Source: Candidatus Hodarchaeum mangrovi | GTDB taxonomy: Archaea > Asgardarchaeota > Heimdallarchaeia > Hodarchaeales > Hodarchaeaceae | Reading direction: 5' to 3' | Assembly: GCA_016839515.1 (NCBI GenBank) | Contig: JAEOUE010000138.1 | Coordinates: 1-52,430, forward strand | DNA length: 52,430 bases | Part shown: positions 1-10,003 of the stretch, one piece after another | Layout of the letters: the number at the start of each line of letters is the position of its first letter | Numbering within the stretch: position 1 is the stretch's first letter | The notes under the pieces: generated by a model | The model's input: the letters and a program-made list of their open reading frames with translations, nothing else | What the model was told of the DNA's origin: nothing | Databases searched by the model: none | Program-made: the position numbers and the translations under genes

Positions 1-66
1 AAAGCGAAATATACTAGAAAAACACATAGTAGAAAGATGAATTTTCCAACATTTGGTGAGAAAAAG

Positions 67-1257
67 ATGCGTGAAGTTGTAATAGTTGACTATCTTCGAA
101 CTCCATTCTCACGTTCACGACCAAACGACCCCGATCGTGATAAATTGAATGAATTTCGAATGGATGTACTAGCAGGGCGCTTAATTCGCGAGATGATCAA
201 TCGAAAAGGTATCGATCCTAAAGATATTGGAGATGTTCTTGTAGGTGCCGCTTTTCAAATCATGGAGCAGTGGTTATATGGAGGAAGACCTATTGTTGCC
301 TTAGCAGGTCTTCCTGAATCAGTTAGTTCTCAAGGTATTGACAGACAATGTGGTTCTTCGATGAACACGATTCATACAGGTGCAATGCAAATCATGACTG
401 GTTATTCCGATGTAGTTGTCTCTGCTGGTATAGAACATATGACTCATATTCCAATGGCCAACAATCCCAATATCGATCCTCCTACATTTCTTGCTGCTGA
501 AGAACAATATGCAAAATATGATTTTGCGACAGGATTTGTTATGGGATTAACAGCTGAAAAACTTTTCAAATTAGCTGCTAAAGAATATGGGTTAACTCGT
601 GACGATTTAGATCAATATAGCTTAGAATCTCATGAATTTGCAGCAAAAGCTCAGGACGAAGGCTTTTTCAAAGATGAAATCATGCCAATTAAACTTGCTA
701 ATGGAGAAATATTTGATATTGATGCCTCTGTACGCCGAGGAAGTACAATGGAAGCCATGCGAGGATTAATGCCGTCATTTGATTTTGAAGGTGTAATAAC
801 TCCTGGGAATTCGTCTCCTCTCAATGCAGGTGCCACAGCGATGATTTTAATGTCTAAAGAAAAAGCACGTACTTATGGATTAGAACCACTTGCAACCATT
901 AAATCATTTGGTTGGGCTGGTGTAAATCCAGGTATTATGGGTCAAGGTCCTGTACCTGCTTCAAAAATGGCTCTAAAACATGCGGGTCTTGAAGCAAAAG
1001 ATATTGATTTTTGGGAAATCAATGAAGCTTTTGCAATAGTTGCTCTAAATTGTATTAAGCAACTTGATATTGATAGGAACAGAGTCAACGTCAAAGGTGG
1101 TGCATTAGCTTTAGGACATCCTCTTGGTGCTACAGGAACACGATTAGTAGGAACATTAGCTCGTATTCTAAATTGGGAAGATGGAACATATGGATTAGCT
1201 AATGCTTGTATAGGTGGTGGTCAAGGAATCGCTACTGTATTACAAAAAGGAGGTTAA
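67..1257 (+). CDS. Acetyl-CoA C-acyltransferase (thiolase)
   Basis: RTPF N-terminus, catalytic Cys in RQCGSS, NEAFA, GHPLGATG and CIGGGQG motifs. Start moved from 37 to ATG 67, which follows a GGTGAG SD at 55-60. Confidence 0.95.
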   Translation: MREVVIVDYLRTPFSRSRPNDPDRDKLNEFRMDVLAGRLIREMINRKGIDPKDIGDVLVGAAFQIMEQWLYGGRPIVALAGLPESVSSQGIDRQCGSSMNTIHTGAMQIMTGYSDVVVSAGIEHMTHIPMANNPNIDPPTFLAAEEQYAKYDFATGFVMGLTAEKLFKLAAKEYGLTRDDLDQYSLESHEFAAKAQDEGFFKDEIMPIKLANGEIFDIDASVRRGSTMEAMRGLMPSFDFEGVITPGNSSPLNAGATAMILMSKEKARTYGLEPLATIKSFGWAGVNPGIMGQGPVPASKMALKHAGLEAKDIDFWEINEAFAIVALNCIKQLDIDRNRVNVKGGALALGHPLGATGTRLVGTLARILNWEDGTYGLANACIGGGQGIATVLQKGG

Positions 1258-1296
1258 TCATTTTTCAATAGTAAATAAAGGAATAGGTGAAATAAT

Positions 1297-3282
1297 ATGA
1301 AAGTAGATGATATTAAACATGTAGCAGTCATAGGAGCAGGCGATATGGGGCATGGTATAGCTGAAGTTTGCCTTATGACTGGTTATACTGTATCTATGTA
1401 TGATATTAAAGATGAATTTGTTGAAAAGGGTAAGAATCGGATTGATTGGAGTTTAAAAAAACTCGCGGAAAAAGCAAGAATTTCTGAAGGAGATCATAAA
1501 CGTTTCATGGCGAATTTAACGATTTCTACAGATTTGAAAGAAGTATGTAAAAATGCAGATATTGCAATTGAAGCAGCTCCTGAAAATCTTGAGTTAAAAA
1601 AGAAAATATTCAGCGATCTTGATAAATATTGTCCAAAACATGCTTTATTATGTTCTAATACTAGTAATATGAGTATTAAGGAAATTGGTGAAGCAACAAA
1701 GAGACCAGAGAAAGTAGCTGGTTTACATTACTTTAATCCTCCTGTATTAATGCAATTGATCGAAATCGTTAAAAGCAAGAATACATCTGATGAAACTATT
1801 CAATTATTAATTGACTTTGCCAAAAAACAGACAAAAGATCCTGTAGTTTCGCTAGATAACCCTGGATTTATTGTAAATCGTATTAATGCGATTACTATGC
1901 TACTCATTCATCAGATGTTAGACAGAAAGGAATACCCTCCTGCTGAATTTGATGCCGCAGCCCAAATGATGGGGATGCGAATGGGTCCTTATGAATTAAT
2001 GGATTTTGTAGGCTTAGATGTAGCTTATCACTCAATGAATTATCTTGCAGATCGACTGTCCCCTGATTACAAACCTACACCATTAATGCAAAGGTTAATT
2101 GATGAAAATAAGTTAGGTAAAAAAACTGGAGAAGGAATTTATAAATGGCCTTCTGACGGTGGACGTCCCGAAATTGATTTATCTAAGGCCTGTAACTTTG
2201 ATATCATGAATCTAATGCGAGTACAAATTAATGAAGCTGCAAAAGTTTTAGAAGAAGGTATTGCACCCCGAGGTGCAAAAGACATTGATACTGCAATGAA
2301 GAAAGGAATGAATAATCCTTTTGGACCCTTCGAATTAGCTGAAAATGCTGATTTTAAGGAACTTACTGAATATATGGACAGTTTAGCGGACAAATATGGA
2401 TTAGAAGTCTTTAAAGCTCATAAATGGGTTAGAGATGGATCATTAAATGAAAGAGCAAAAGAAGCAGTAAAAGCTGAAGCAGCTAAGAAAGCAGGACCAG
2501 AATTTGATAAAATTGAAATCGAAAAGGATCCTGAAAACTTTGTGACAACTCTGTGGTTAAATAATCCCCCAGTTAACGCAATCGGGGGTCAACTACTTGA
2601 TGAACTTAATAAGGCTCTTGATATTCTTGCTGAAGACTATGAAACTCGTGTTATTGTTGTTAGAGGTAAAGCTAATTGTTTTTCAGCTGGTGCTGACCTT
2701 GCAGGAGGCATTCCAGATAGTGCGTGGGCATTTAAAAACTATGTAAGAAAAGGTCAAACCACATTTAAGAGATTTCGAGAGATCCCAAAACCTGTTATTG
2801 CAGCTATTGAACGATATGCATTTGGTGGTGGTTTAGAACTATCCATGAGTTGCGATTTACGATACGCAAAGAAATCAGCAAAAGTAGGTCTAACTGAAGT
2901 AGGTCTCGGTTTAATTCCAGGGTGGGGTGGAACTCAATTGATGGTAAAACATATTGGAGTTGGAAAAAGTATGGAGCTAATACTTACAGCGGAACGGATT
3001 GAAGCTGAACGAGCGTTCAAAATGGGTTTAATCAATGGATACTTTGATGATGATGAGTTCGAGAAGAAAGTCTATGAAATCGCTAAGAGGATCGCTAAAA
3101 AAGTATCTCCTATCGCAGCAGGAATCGCAAAGCAAATGATCAATTACGGAAGTGAAATACCTCATGATATTGGTCTAATGCTAGAATCATACGGTGGAGG
3201 TCTAGTATTTACTACAGAAGATCTTCAAGAGGGAGTTTTTGCCTTCATGCAAAAACGAGATGCAGAATTCAAGGGACGATAA
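1297..3282 (+). CDS. Bifunctional 3-hydroxyacyl-CoA dehydrogenase / enoyl-CoA hydratase (dehydrogenase N-terminal, archaeal order)
   Basis: GAGDMGHG Rossmann motif, SNTS, GLHYFNPP, PGFIVNR; C-terminal crotonase motifs FSAGADL, AFGGGLEL, GLIPGWGGTQ. AGGTGA SD upstream. Confidence 0.95.
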   Translation: MKVDDIKHVAVIGAGDMGHGIAEVCLMTGYTVSMYDIKDEFVEKGKNRIDWSLKKLAEKARISEGDHKRFMANLTISTDLKEVCKNADIAIEAAPENLELKKKIFSDLDKYCPKHALLCSNTSNMSIKEIGEATKRPEKVAGLHYFNPPVLMQLIEIVKSKNTSDETIQLLIDFAKKQTKDPVVSLDNPGFIVNRINAITMLLIHQMLDRKEYPPAEFDAAAQMMGMRMGPYELMDFVGLDVAYHSMNYLADRLSPDYKPTPLMQRLIDENKLGKKTGEGIYKWPSDGGRPEIDLSKACNFDIMNLMRVQINEAAKVLEEGIAPRGAKDIDTAMKKGMNNPFGPFELAENADFKELTEYMDSLADKYGLEVFKAHKWVRDGSLNERAKEAVKAEAAKKAGPEFDKIEIEKDPENFVTTLWLNNPPVNAIGGQLLDELNKALDILAEDYETRVIVVRGKANCFSAGADLAGGIPDSAWAFKNYVRKGQTTFKRFREIPKPVIAAIERYAFGGGLELSMSCDLRYAKKSAKVGLTEVGLGLIPGWGGTQLMVKHIGVGKSMELILTAERIEAERAFKMGLINGYFDDDEFEKKVYEIAKRIAKKVSPIAAGIAKQMINYGSEIPHDIGLMLESYGGGLVFTTEDLQEGVFAFMQKRDAEFKGR

Positions 3283-3283
3283 G

Positions 3284-3310
3284 ATTCTTCCCTCTTCTTT
3301 TTTTTTATTT
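3284..3310 (+). terminator. Pyrimidine/oligo-T archaeal terminator after the beta-oxidation operon
   Basis: attcttccctcttcttttttttta immediately follows the stop, and the next gene is convergent. Confidence 0.55.
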
Positions 3311-3422
3311 CGAATAATAGAACACTTCTATCTGGGGTTTCAATTCCTCAAGTAATTTTTATAGGTATTTGATTTTTAATATAACCCTCTTTTAACTTTT
3401 GGAAATAGACTAGACATTTTAT

Positions 3423-4118
3423 TTAATCAATTTTACTATTAATCTCTTCGTTATTATTATGTTTATGTAATTTCTTTCCAAAAATTAGGGCTCGTGCTTT
3501 CGGTGCATTAGGCCACATTCCGAACCCCTCAGGGCTCTGATATAATAATTCAAATCCATATTTATAGTAGAATTGTATAGCTTTTTTGTTGTAAGAACTT
3601 GTTCCTAAATGGACTCCTTCAATATTGTGTTCACAAAGATGATTTTCAAATTTTTTCAATAATTTCGATCCAGTCCCTCTCCTTTGATAGAAGTCTAAAA
3701 TATCTATATGTAAATGTGCAGGGTACATCTTCTGGATGTCTCTTTCATTAGGAACAGGCGGAGAATTAGAAAATATTTTCCTAAAATGTAATACTGTTGT
3801 GAAAGTGCTTGGATGTCTCCAGATTGTGCTAAAAAATAATCTTCTAATGATTTTTGGCAGAATTAATTTTCTAAAAGCTTGATCTTGATCTTCTGAATCT
3901 AAAGATCCTAGAATATATCCAACAGCTTGCTGATGATTCTCTACTGCAATAAAACAGTTTTCCGGTTCATAATCCACATAATAAAGGCAGAATAATAAAC
4001 CAAATAAGTAGGGATCTTTAAAATACATTGAAGCACTCCTTCCCATATAACCTGTCTTAAAACAAATATTGATAATGTCCTCCCTAAATTGAGGTCTATA
4101 TTTAACTATCTCTATCAA
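3423..4118 (-). CDS. GNAT family N-acetyltransferase
   Basis: AHLHIDIL..YQRRGTGSKL acetyl-CoA motif A; GVHLG...N.KAIQFYYKYGF motif B. Confidence 0.88.
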   Translation of the reverse strand: MIEIVKYRPQFREDIINICFKTGYMGRSASMYFKDPYLFGLLFCLYYVDYEPENCFIAVENHQQAVGYILGSLDSEDQDQAFRKLILPKIIRRLFFSTIWRHPSTFTTVLHFRKIFSNSPPVPNERDIQKMYPAHLHIDILDFYQRRGTGSKLLKKFENHLCEHNIEGVHLGTSSYNKKAIQFYYKYGFELLYQSPEGFGMWPNAPKARALIFGKKLHKHNNNEEINSKID

Positions 4119-4147
4119 GATAAGTTCCCCTGATCATTAAAATAAGA

Positions 4148-4633
4148 TTAAAGAGTTTTTAATCCTTTAACAATGAGATTTGCAATATCTTTAAGATTCT
4201 CATGATCTATTTCATTAAAAGCATTCACTAAATCAGAATCTACATCTATTTGGCCTATAATCTGATGATTATTTTTAATCAAGACTACAATCTCAGAGCG
4301 TGTCTGTAATGAACAAGCAAGATAATTTTCTTCATTTCGAACATCTGCTATAATTTTATCGGTATTTCCTGTTACTGCTGATCCACAGACTCCCACACCA
4401 ACTTTTATGGTAGTGTGTTCAGTTGGTTTCCCCACATAGTACTCCAATTCTAATTGATCTTCAGTAGAGTTTAATAGATAAATTCCAGTCCAGTTAAAAT
4501 AAGAAATATTGGCTAGCTCATCTACTATTTTTTTATAAAGACTATAAGAAGTTGAAAATTGTTTTTCTAGAATTGATTTTTCAAATCTTGATTTAATTTC
4601 ATCAAATACTTCTTGTTTCAATTTCAGTTCCAT
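4148..4633 (-). CDS. msrC: GAF-domain free methionine-R-sulfoxide reductase (fRMsr/MsrC-like)
   Basis: NWTGIY, GVGVCG, YLAC...SEIVV, IGQIDVDS. Start set at ATG 4633 after an AGGTGA SD. Confidence 0.8.
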   Translation of the reverse strand: MELKLKQEVFDEIKSRFEKSILEKQFSTSYSLYKKIVDELANISYFNWTGIYLLNSTEDQLELEYYVGKPTEHTTIKVGVGVCGSAVTGNTDKIIADVRNEENYLACSLQTRSEIVVLIKNNHQIIGQIDVDSDLVNAFNEIDHENLKDIANLIVKGLKTL

Positions 4634-4649
4634 ACATTTCACCTTGTAT

Positions 4650-6104
4650 TCAAATTGATTCTATTTCATTAAATTTTTCAAGAACTGAACAAAGTACATT
4701 CCAGATTAATTCAACCGATCTAATATTAACACGTTCATCAGGTGAATGGGAGCCTTTAATTTCAGGACCAAAGGACACTATCTCAAGATCTGGTACAATT
4801 CCTTTGAATAAGCCACATTCTAACCCTGCGTGGATTGCTTTTAATTTTACTTCTTTTTGATATTCTCGGGAATACTCTCTTTGAACTAGTTTTAGAAGAG
4901 ATGAATTTAAATCAGGATTCCAACCTGGGTAAGCCTTTCCCAATTCGATTGATCCTCCTAACTTTTCACTTAACCGTTTAATTCTTGATCTGACATGATT
5001 TAATTCCGAATTAATTGAACTACGGCTACTTACTGAGATTTCTACAAAGTCTCCATTTGACTTTACTACAGCTAAATTGTTTGATGTTTCGACAAGATCA
5101 GGAATTGATTTTGAATATGTAAGAGGTCCATGTTCTATAGTAGATAAAAGTTCAATAATATTCTTTGATTCTTTTATGTAGGTCTTTATATTAGTCTCAT
5201 CTAGATTTATTACTATTTTTGGATCGATTTTTCTATACTGAATTATTTTTTCACGAATGATTTCAACTATGGCTTTTTTAGAATCTTTTTCACTTCTTAA
5301 TCCAAAATTAATTGTACAATCACGAGGAATGGCATTATGTGCACTTCCTCCCTGAATATTTTCAATGAATACATCTTTTCCTTGATTTTGAAGTTGTTCT
5401 ACAATATCTATACAAATTTTTATTGCATTCAATCTAGGCAAATGAATATCTATTCCTGAATGACCTCCTTTCAATCCATTTACTGATACTTGATAACCTA
5501 GAAGATCATTTGCTGGAAAAAGATTACAGGAGAAAGTCACTTTTGTGTCACCCCCACCAGCTGAACCTGTAGTAATCTCACCCTCATCTTCACTGTCTAA
5601 ATTTATTAAATTTTTAAATTGAAAAAAAGAGGATTTTAATGCAAAAGCTCCTGATAATCCTGTCTCTTCATCAACTGTTAGTAATATGTCAACAGGCCCA
5701 TGTTTAACAGTTGGATCTATTAAAACAGCTAAGATCATTGCCATACCAATTCCATTATCAGCACCAAGCGTGGTTTTCTCAGCCCTTACAAAATTTTCAT
5801 TTATAATTACTTGAATGGGGTCTTTATTAAAATCATGATTGGAATCAGGTGTTTTTTGTGCAACCATATCCATATGAGCTTGGAGAATTACTCCTGGAAA
5901 TGACTCAAATCCTTTAGTTGCATTTTGATGAAGAAGAAGGTTACCCACTTGATCTTCTTCAATTTTTATCTCGTTTTTCTTTCCCCACTCTTTAACCCAC
6001 ACTCGTATTAAATCCTCTTTCTTTGATTGTCTGGGAATAGAGGATATTTTTTCAAATAATCTCCATACATGATATGGTTTTAGCTCTGTTAATGATTTTG
6101 TCAT
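4650..6104 (-). CDS. pepD: Aminoacyl-histidine dipeptidase (M20C)
   Basis: QAHMDMV, TLGADNGIG, DEETG, NLDSE, GGHSG.DI, HAGLECG, HSPDE. Confidence 0.93.
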   Translation of the reverse strand: MTKSLTELKPYHVWRLFEKISSIPRQSKKEDLIRVWVKEWGKKNEIKIEEDQVGNLLLHQNATKGFESFPGVILQAHMDMVAQKTPDSNHDFNKDPIQVIINENFVRAEKTTLGADNGIGMAMILAVLIDPTVKHGPVDILLTVDEETGLSGAFALKSSFFQFKNLINLDSEDEGEITTGSAGGGDTKVTFSCNLFPANDLLGYQVSVNGLKGGHSGIDIHLPRLNAIKICIDIVEQLQNQGKDVFIENIQGGSAHNAIPRDCTINFGLRSEKDSKKAIVEIIREKIIQYRKIDPKIVINLDETNIKTYIKESKNIIELLSTIEHGPLTYSKSIPDLVETSNNLAVVKSNGDFVEISVSSRSSINSELNHVRSRIKRLSEKLGGSIELGKAYPGWNPDLNSSLLKLVQREYSREYQKEVKLKAIHAGLECGLFKGIVPDLEIVSFGPEIKGSHSPDERVNIRSVELIWNVLCSVLEKFNEIESI

Positions 6105-6236
6105 TATTTTTAATTCACCTTAGAATAATGTGGATATCCTTTTAATTCACTCATATTTGTTGGTAAATTCTCCCATCTTGTAAAATTTCAATAATAAAAT
6201 TTAATCTTTCCTTTGAATTTTTATGAATGTAGGTAA

Positions 6237-7451
6237 ATGGGTTTTAAAGTGTCCACGCTTCTTTCATTTAAACAAATTTCTGTTGTTAAGAATATTCCTG
6301 TTTATTATTTATCAAAGAATTGGGAATTACAACTATTAGCTGAAATTTTTCAGGATCCAACAAAACAATTAAGTAAAATTGCTATAGACCAAGAAAGAGC
6401 TTCATATCAATCAGTTTACTATCAAAGACCATGTCTTTTACAATTAGCAACAACTGAATATGTTTTTCTGATTGATCTTAATTCTATCAGGAGTTTAAAC
6501 TCATTATCCAATGTTTTAACATCATGCCAAATAACAAAAATATTTTTTGATTCACCATGGGATCTATTTTATTTTAAAGATTATCATAATATTGAAATAA
6601 GGGGAATTTTTGATATTCAAGCTGCTTCTTCACTTTTACAACGCTATCGCGCTACCATTAGTTTGGAAGACCTTGTTAATCAAGAATTAAAAATTCATTA
6701 TGTTAAACCTAAAAAACAACAAAAAAGTAATTGGTGTCAAAGACCTTTAACAAATTCTCAAATTAAGTATGCAAGCGAAGAAATCTATTGGTTTATTCCA
6801 TTATATAACAAAATATTAGATGAGATCATCAGGAAGAAAAGAGAATTATTTCTTTATTACATTCATAATCAAATTCAAGAAGATCTCCCATCTTTAGAGT
6901 ACAATCCTTTTTCCGTTATTCGAATCAAAGGTTTTAGTGAGTTAACTGAGATCCAAAAACTCCAACTCTTTAGAATAGCAAAAATTCGTGATGAAATCGC
7001 TTTAAAAAGGAATAAACCCTCCTTCTTTATTTTCAATAACCAAACTCTTATAAATTTAGTTATCGTGACTCCTGAAAAACGTAAAAAGTTACTACAACGA
7101 AAAAAATACCTATCTTCAGAGGACATAAAGGCAATTCATGAAGTTTTAGAGAACATAAAATCTCTCCCTTCTGAAACTTTTGAAGAAATAAGAGCAAAAC
7201 ATAACAATAATAATCCTCCTTTTAATGAATTGCCAGTATTAAAACAGCATTTATTGATTTGGAGAAATGAAATCAGTAAAGAGTTGAATTTACCAAAGCG
7301 CTTTATCCTCTCGAAAAGAGATCTAAACTTATTGGATTATTCAAATAAAAAGATACTTCTAGACTCAATTTGGTTTACAAAAAGATCTGATGAGATTGCT
7401 CAATACCTTACCAACTCTGTCACTACTTTTCTTTTGCAAGGTGATTCCTAG
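6237..7451 (+). CDS. RNase D / Rrp6-like DEDDy 3'-5' exonuclease with HRDC domain(s)
   Basis: IAIDQE (ExoI), CLLQLAT, IFDIQ, SNWCQRPL..QIKYA (ExoIII region); HRDC-like RDEIALKRNKPSFFIF and WRNEISKELNLPKRFIL. Confidence 0.8.
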   Translation: MGFKVSTLLSFKQISVVKNIPVYYLSKNWELQLLAEIFQDPTKQLSKIAIDQERASYQSVYYQRPCLLQLATTEYVFLIDLNSIRSLNSLSNVLTSCQITKIFFDSPWDLFYFKDYHNIEIRGIFDIQAASSLLQRYRATISLEDLVNQELKIHYVKPKKQQKSNWCQRPLTNSQIKYASEEIYWFIPLYNKILDEIIRKKRELFLYYIHNQIQEDLPSLEYNPFSVIRIKGFSELTEIQKLQLFRIAKIRDEIALKRNKPSFFIFNNQTLINLVIVTPEKRKKLLQRKKYLSSEDIKAIHEVLENIKSLPSETFEEIRAKHNNNNPPFNELPVLKQHLLIWRNEISKELNLPKRFILSKRDLNLLDYSNKKILLDSIWFTKRSDEIAQYLTNSVTTFLLQGDS

Positions 7452-7527
7452 ATTTAATTATGATTAAAGTATTATTTCATGTTAACAAGGAGATAAATAC
7501 TTCAATGTCTTTAAATTGTGACTTATC

Positions 7528-8274
7528 ATGCTTGAATTTAATCATAAATGTCCTATATGTTTGGAAAATGTGCAATATTCTTTTAACGAGAAAAATATTC
7601 TATCGAATATTTCTGTAAAGGTAGAATCTGAGGGTATAACAGGTGTAGTAGGCCCTAGCGGATCTGGAAAGACTACATTCCTTAAATTGATTAATAGACT
7701 TATATCTCCTACAAAAGGTCGAATTTTATTCAATGGAGAAGATACCACATTCATACCTGTTAAACAATTAAGGAAAAAAATTGGTTTAGTTCAACAAAGA
7801 CCTTTTCTATTTCCAGGAACAGTAAAAGATAACCTATTATATGGACCAAATATTTGGAAAATAAAATATTCTCTTGACGAGCTTTATTCGTTTCTATCTC
7901 GTGTAGCTCTCCCTCCTGAATTCTTAAATCTAAATGTAGAGAATCTCTCTAGCGGAGAACAACAAAGAGTTTCTTTAGGAAGGACACTTGCTAATAATCC
8001 TCAAATATTGTTATTAGATGAACCCACTAGCTCTCTAGATATAGTTTCAGAAGAAATTCTCGAAACTACATTACGAGAACTTGCACGAGAAAAGATTAAG
8101 ATCATAATTGTCACTCATAGTTTAGAACAGACTAAACGATTGACAGATCAGCTACTATTTTTAAAAAATGGAAGATTAATTGAAAAAATAAACACTAAAA
8201 CCTTTTTTGATAGATATGACGAAAAAGAAATTCGTCGATTTTTTAAAGCAAAATCTATTCATGGAGAAAACTAA
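7528..8274 (+). CDS. ABC ATP-binding protein, FetA/YbbL/STAR1-like
   Basis: GPSGSGKT, LSSGEQQR, LLLDEPTSSLD, H-loop VTH; paired with the FetB-like gene. Confidence 0.85.
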   Translation: MLEFNHKCPICLENVQYSFNEKNILSNISVKVESEGITGVVGPSGSGKTTFLKLINRLISPTKGRILFNGEDTTFIPVKQLRKKIGLVQQRPFLFPGTVKDNLLYGPNIWKIKYSLDELYSFLSRVALPPEFLNLNVENLSSGEQQRVSLGRTLANNPQILLLDEPTSSLDIVSEEILETTLRELAREKIKIIIVTHSLEQTKRLTDQLLFLKNGRLIEKINTKTFFDRYDEKEIRRFFKAKSIHGEN

Positions 8275-8276
8275 AA

Positions 8277-9071
8277 ATGATGATCTTACCAGGAATAGAA
8301 ATAATAACTGAGATCCTTCAACGTTTATCGATTTCTATTATTCTTTTAATTCTTTTAATAGCCTTAACTAAATGGCAACAAATTGGATTAGAAAAAATGT
8401 TTATCTGGAGTTTTACACGGGGTCTAGTACAAATTCTTATTATGGCATTAATTCTCGTTGTTATTTTTGCGATAACTGAGATTTTTTTGTTGGTAATTGT
8501 GTTACTATTCATGTGTTTCTTCGCTGCTTACACTGTTAAACAACGATTTCCTTATCCTAAGGTATTTCCTATAGAATCGATTGCTATCACATTTGGTAGT
8601 CTTTCTATTATCTCTATGGCTGTTATCTTAGAGATAATTCCTTTAAAAGGAGAATATATCATTCCTATGGGGGGAATGGTTATTGCAAATGTCATGGTAA
8701 TGACAGGAATTGTATTAGAACGGCTTATTTCTGATGTAAAAAAGAGTCAAGGGAATATCGAAGCAGCATTAAGTTTAGGTGATTCTCCTTGGAACAGTAT
8801 TAAGAGTATAACAAAGGAATCTTATCGTGCAGCAATGATACCAACAACAAATCGTGTTGCGGTTTTAGGCATTGTGACTATTCCAGGTTTAATGAGTGGA
8901 ATGATTATTGGAGGTGCAAACCCACTAATAGCAGCAGCATATCAAATTGTTATTTTTTTGATGATATTAACTTCAGGTTTCATCGGATCAATAATTCTCG
9001 TATTCTTCTTTATAAAAGAATTATTCACAAAAGAAGAGCAATTAAACCTTTCCTTACTTCAAATGTCTTAA
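8277..9071 (+). CDS. ABC permease, FetB/YbbM (UPF0014) family
   Basis: RGLVQI, YIIPMGGMVIAN.M, IEAALSLG, GIVTIPGLMSGMIIGGANP..AA.YQI. Confidence 0.88.
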   Translation: MMILPGIEIITEILQRLSISIILLILLIALTKWQQIGLEKMFIWSFTRGLVQILIMALILVVIFAITEIFLLVIVLLFMCFFAAYTVKQRFPYPKVFPIESIAITFGSLSIISMAVILEIIPLKGEYIIPMGGMVIANVMVMTGIVLERLISDVKKSQGNIEAALSLGDSPWNSIKSITKESYRAAMIPTTNRVAVLGIVTIPGLMSGMIIGGANPLIAAAYQIVIFLMILTSGFIGSIILVFFFIKELFTKEEQLNLSLLQMS

Positions 9072-9255
9072 TTCTAAGATAATATTTTAAAAAATCTATC
9101 AGATTCATCACAAATAGATAAACACTAGATTATTCATTTTCAAATGAGTAATCTTACTATATAGAGTACTGTTAGGTAATTGATTTCCTTATTTTTCTTA
9201 TAGGAATTTTAAAAATCTCCTATTTTTTTGTTTTCCTGGTGGCATTATTTTCTAA

Positions 9256-9290
9256 ATTTTTTATATATTCAATAACCTGAAGAGAGGAAA
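9256..9290 (+). promoter_or_regulatory. TATA box and SD for the DUF47-ABC operon
   Basis: TTTATATA at 9260-9267, about 27 nt before ATG 9295; GAGG at 9284-9287. Confidence 0.5.
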
Positions 9291-9294
9291 ACTC

Positions 9295-9984
9295 ATGGTT
9301 GAAAAGAGAAGTTTGCTACATTGGTTTAAAGCAAATAAAAATATAACAGTTAAGGGAATCTTAATTGAGCACACAAAAGCTGTGGAAAGAACATGTAGCG
9401 AATCTATTAACTTATACAAAGCATTGAAAGGTGAACTCACTCAAAATCCTGTCGAGATAATAAGTAAAATATCTGCATTTGAAGAACAAGCTGATCAGCT
9501 GCAAGATGTTTTGGCAGAAAGAGAGCTCATTCATGGGGAATTCCCACCAAATGTTCAAGAAGATCTGTTTAGGATGATACGAAGAATTGATGAAGCAGCA
9601 AATTGGATTAAAACAGCCTCCAAAAATGCAAATTTGGTTCTTAACTTAAAATTAAATTATCCTGATAAATTACACGATTATCTTATTCAATTATCAACAA
9701 TAACTAAAGATTCTGTTGAGATTTTTTCTAAAACCCTTCAATATCTAGGAGTAAATGATGATAAGGTTATTTCTAATAGAAATAAAATAGAAAAACTTGA
9801 ACGTCAAGGTGATGAGGTATATTACCTTGCCAAAGAAACAATTCTTAAACTAGGAACCCAGCTCGATAATGCAATTTTATTTCTTTCCTTAGATACAGCA
9901 AAAGCACTTGAGAATGCTTCTGATGCCTGTAGCAAGGCCTCAGATTATCTTTACTCTATTGTTATGGCAGCACCAGTAAGATAG
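9295..9984 (+). CDS. DUF47 / PhoU-like phosphate transport regulator (copy 1)
   Basis: Two helical repeats, each with E..AD/GD (FEEQADQL; LERQGDEV) and a D/E.xxD segment (IDEAAN; LENASDAC). Confidence 0.82.
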   Translation: MVEKRSLLHWFKANKNITVKGILIEHTKAVERTCSESINLYKALKGELTQNPVEIISKISAFEEQADQLQDVLAERELIHGEFPPNVQEDLFRMIRRIDEAANWIKTASKNANLVLNLKLNYPDKLHDYLIQLSTITKDSVEIFSKTLQYLGVNDDKVISNRNKIEKLERQGDEVYYLAKETILKLGTQLDNAILFLSLDTAKALENASDACSKASDYLYSIVMAAPVR

Positions 9985-10003
9985 TTTTAAAAGGCGAAAA
10001 GCC

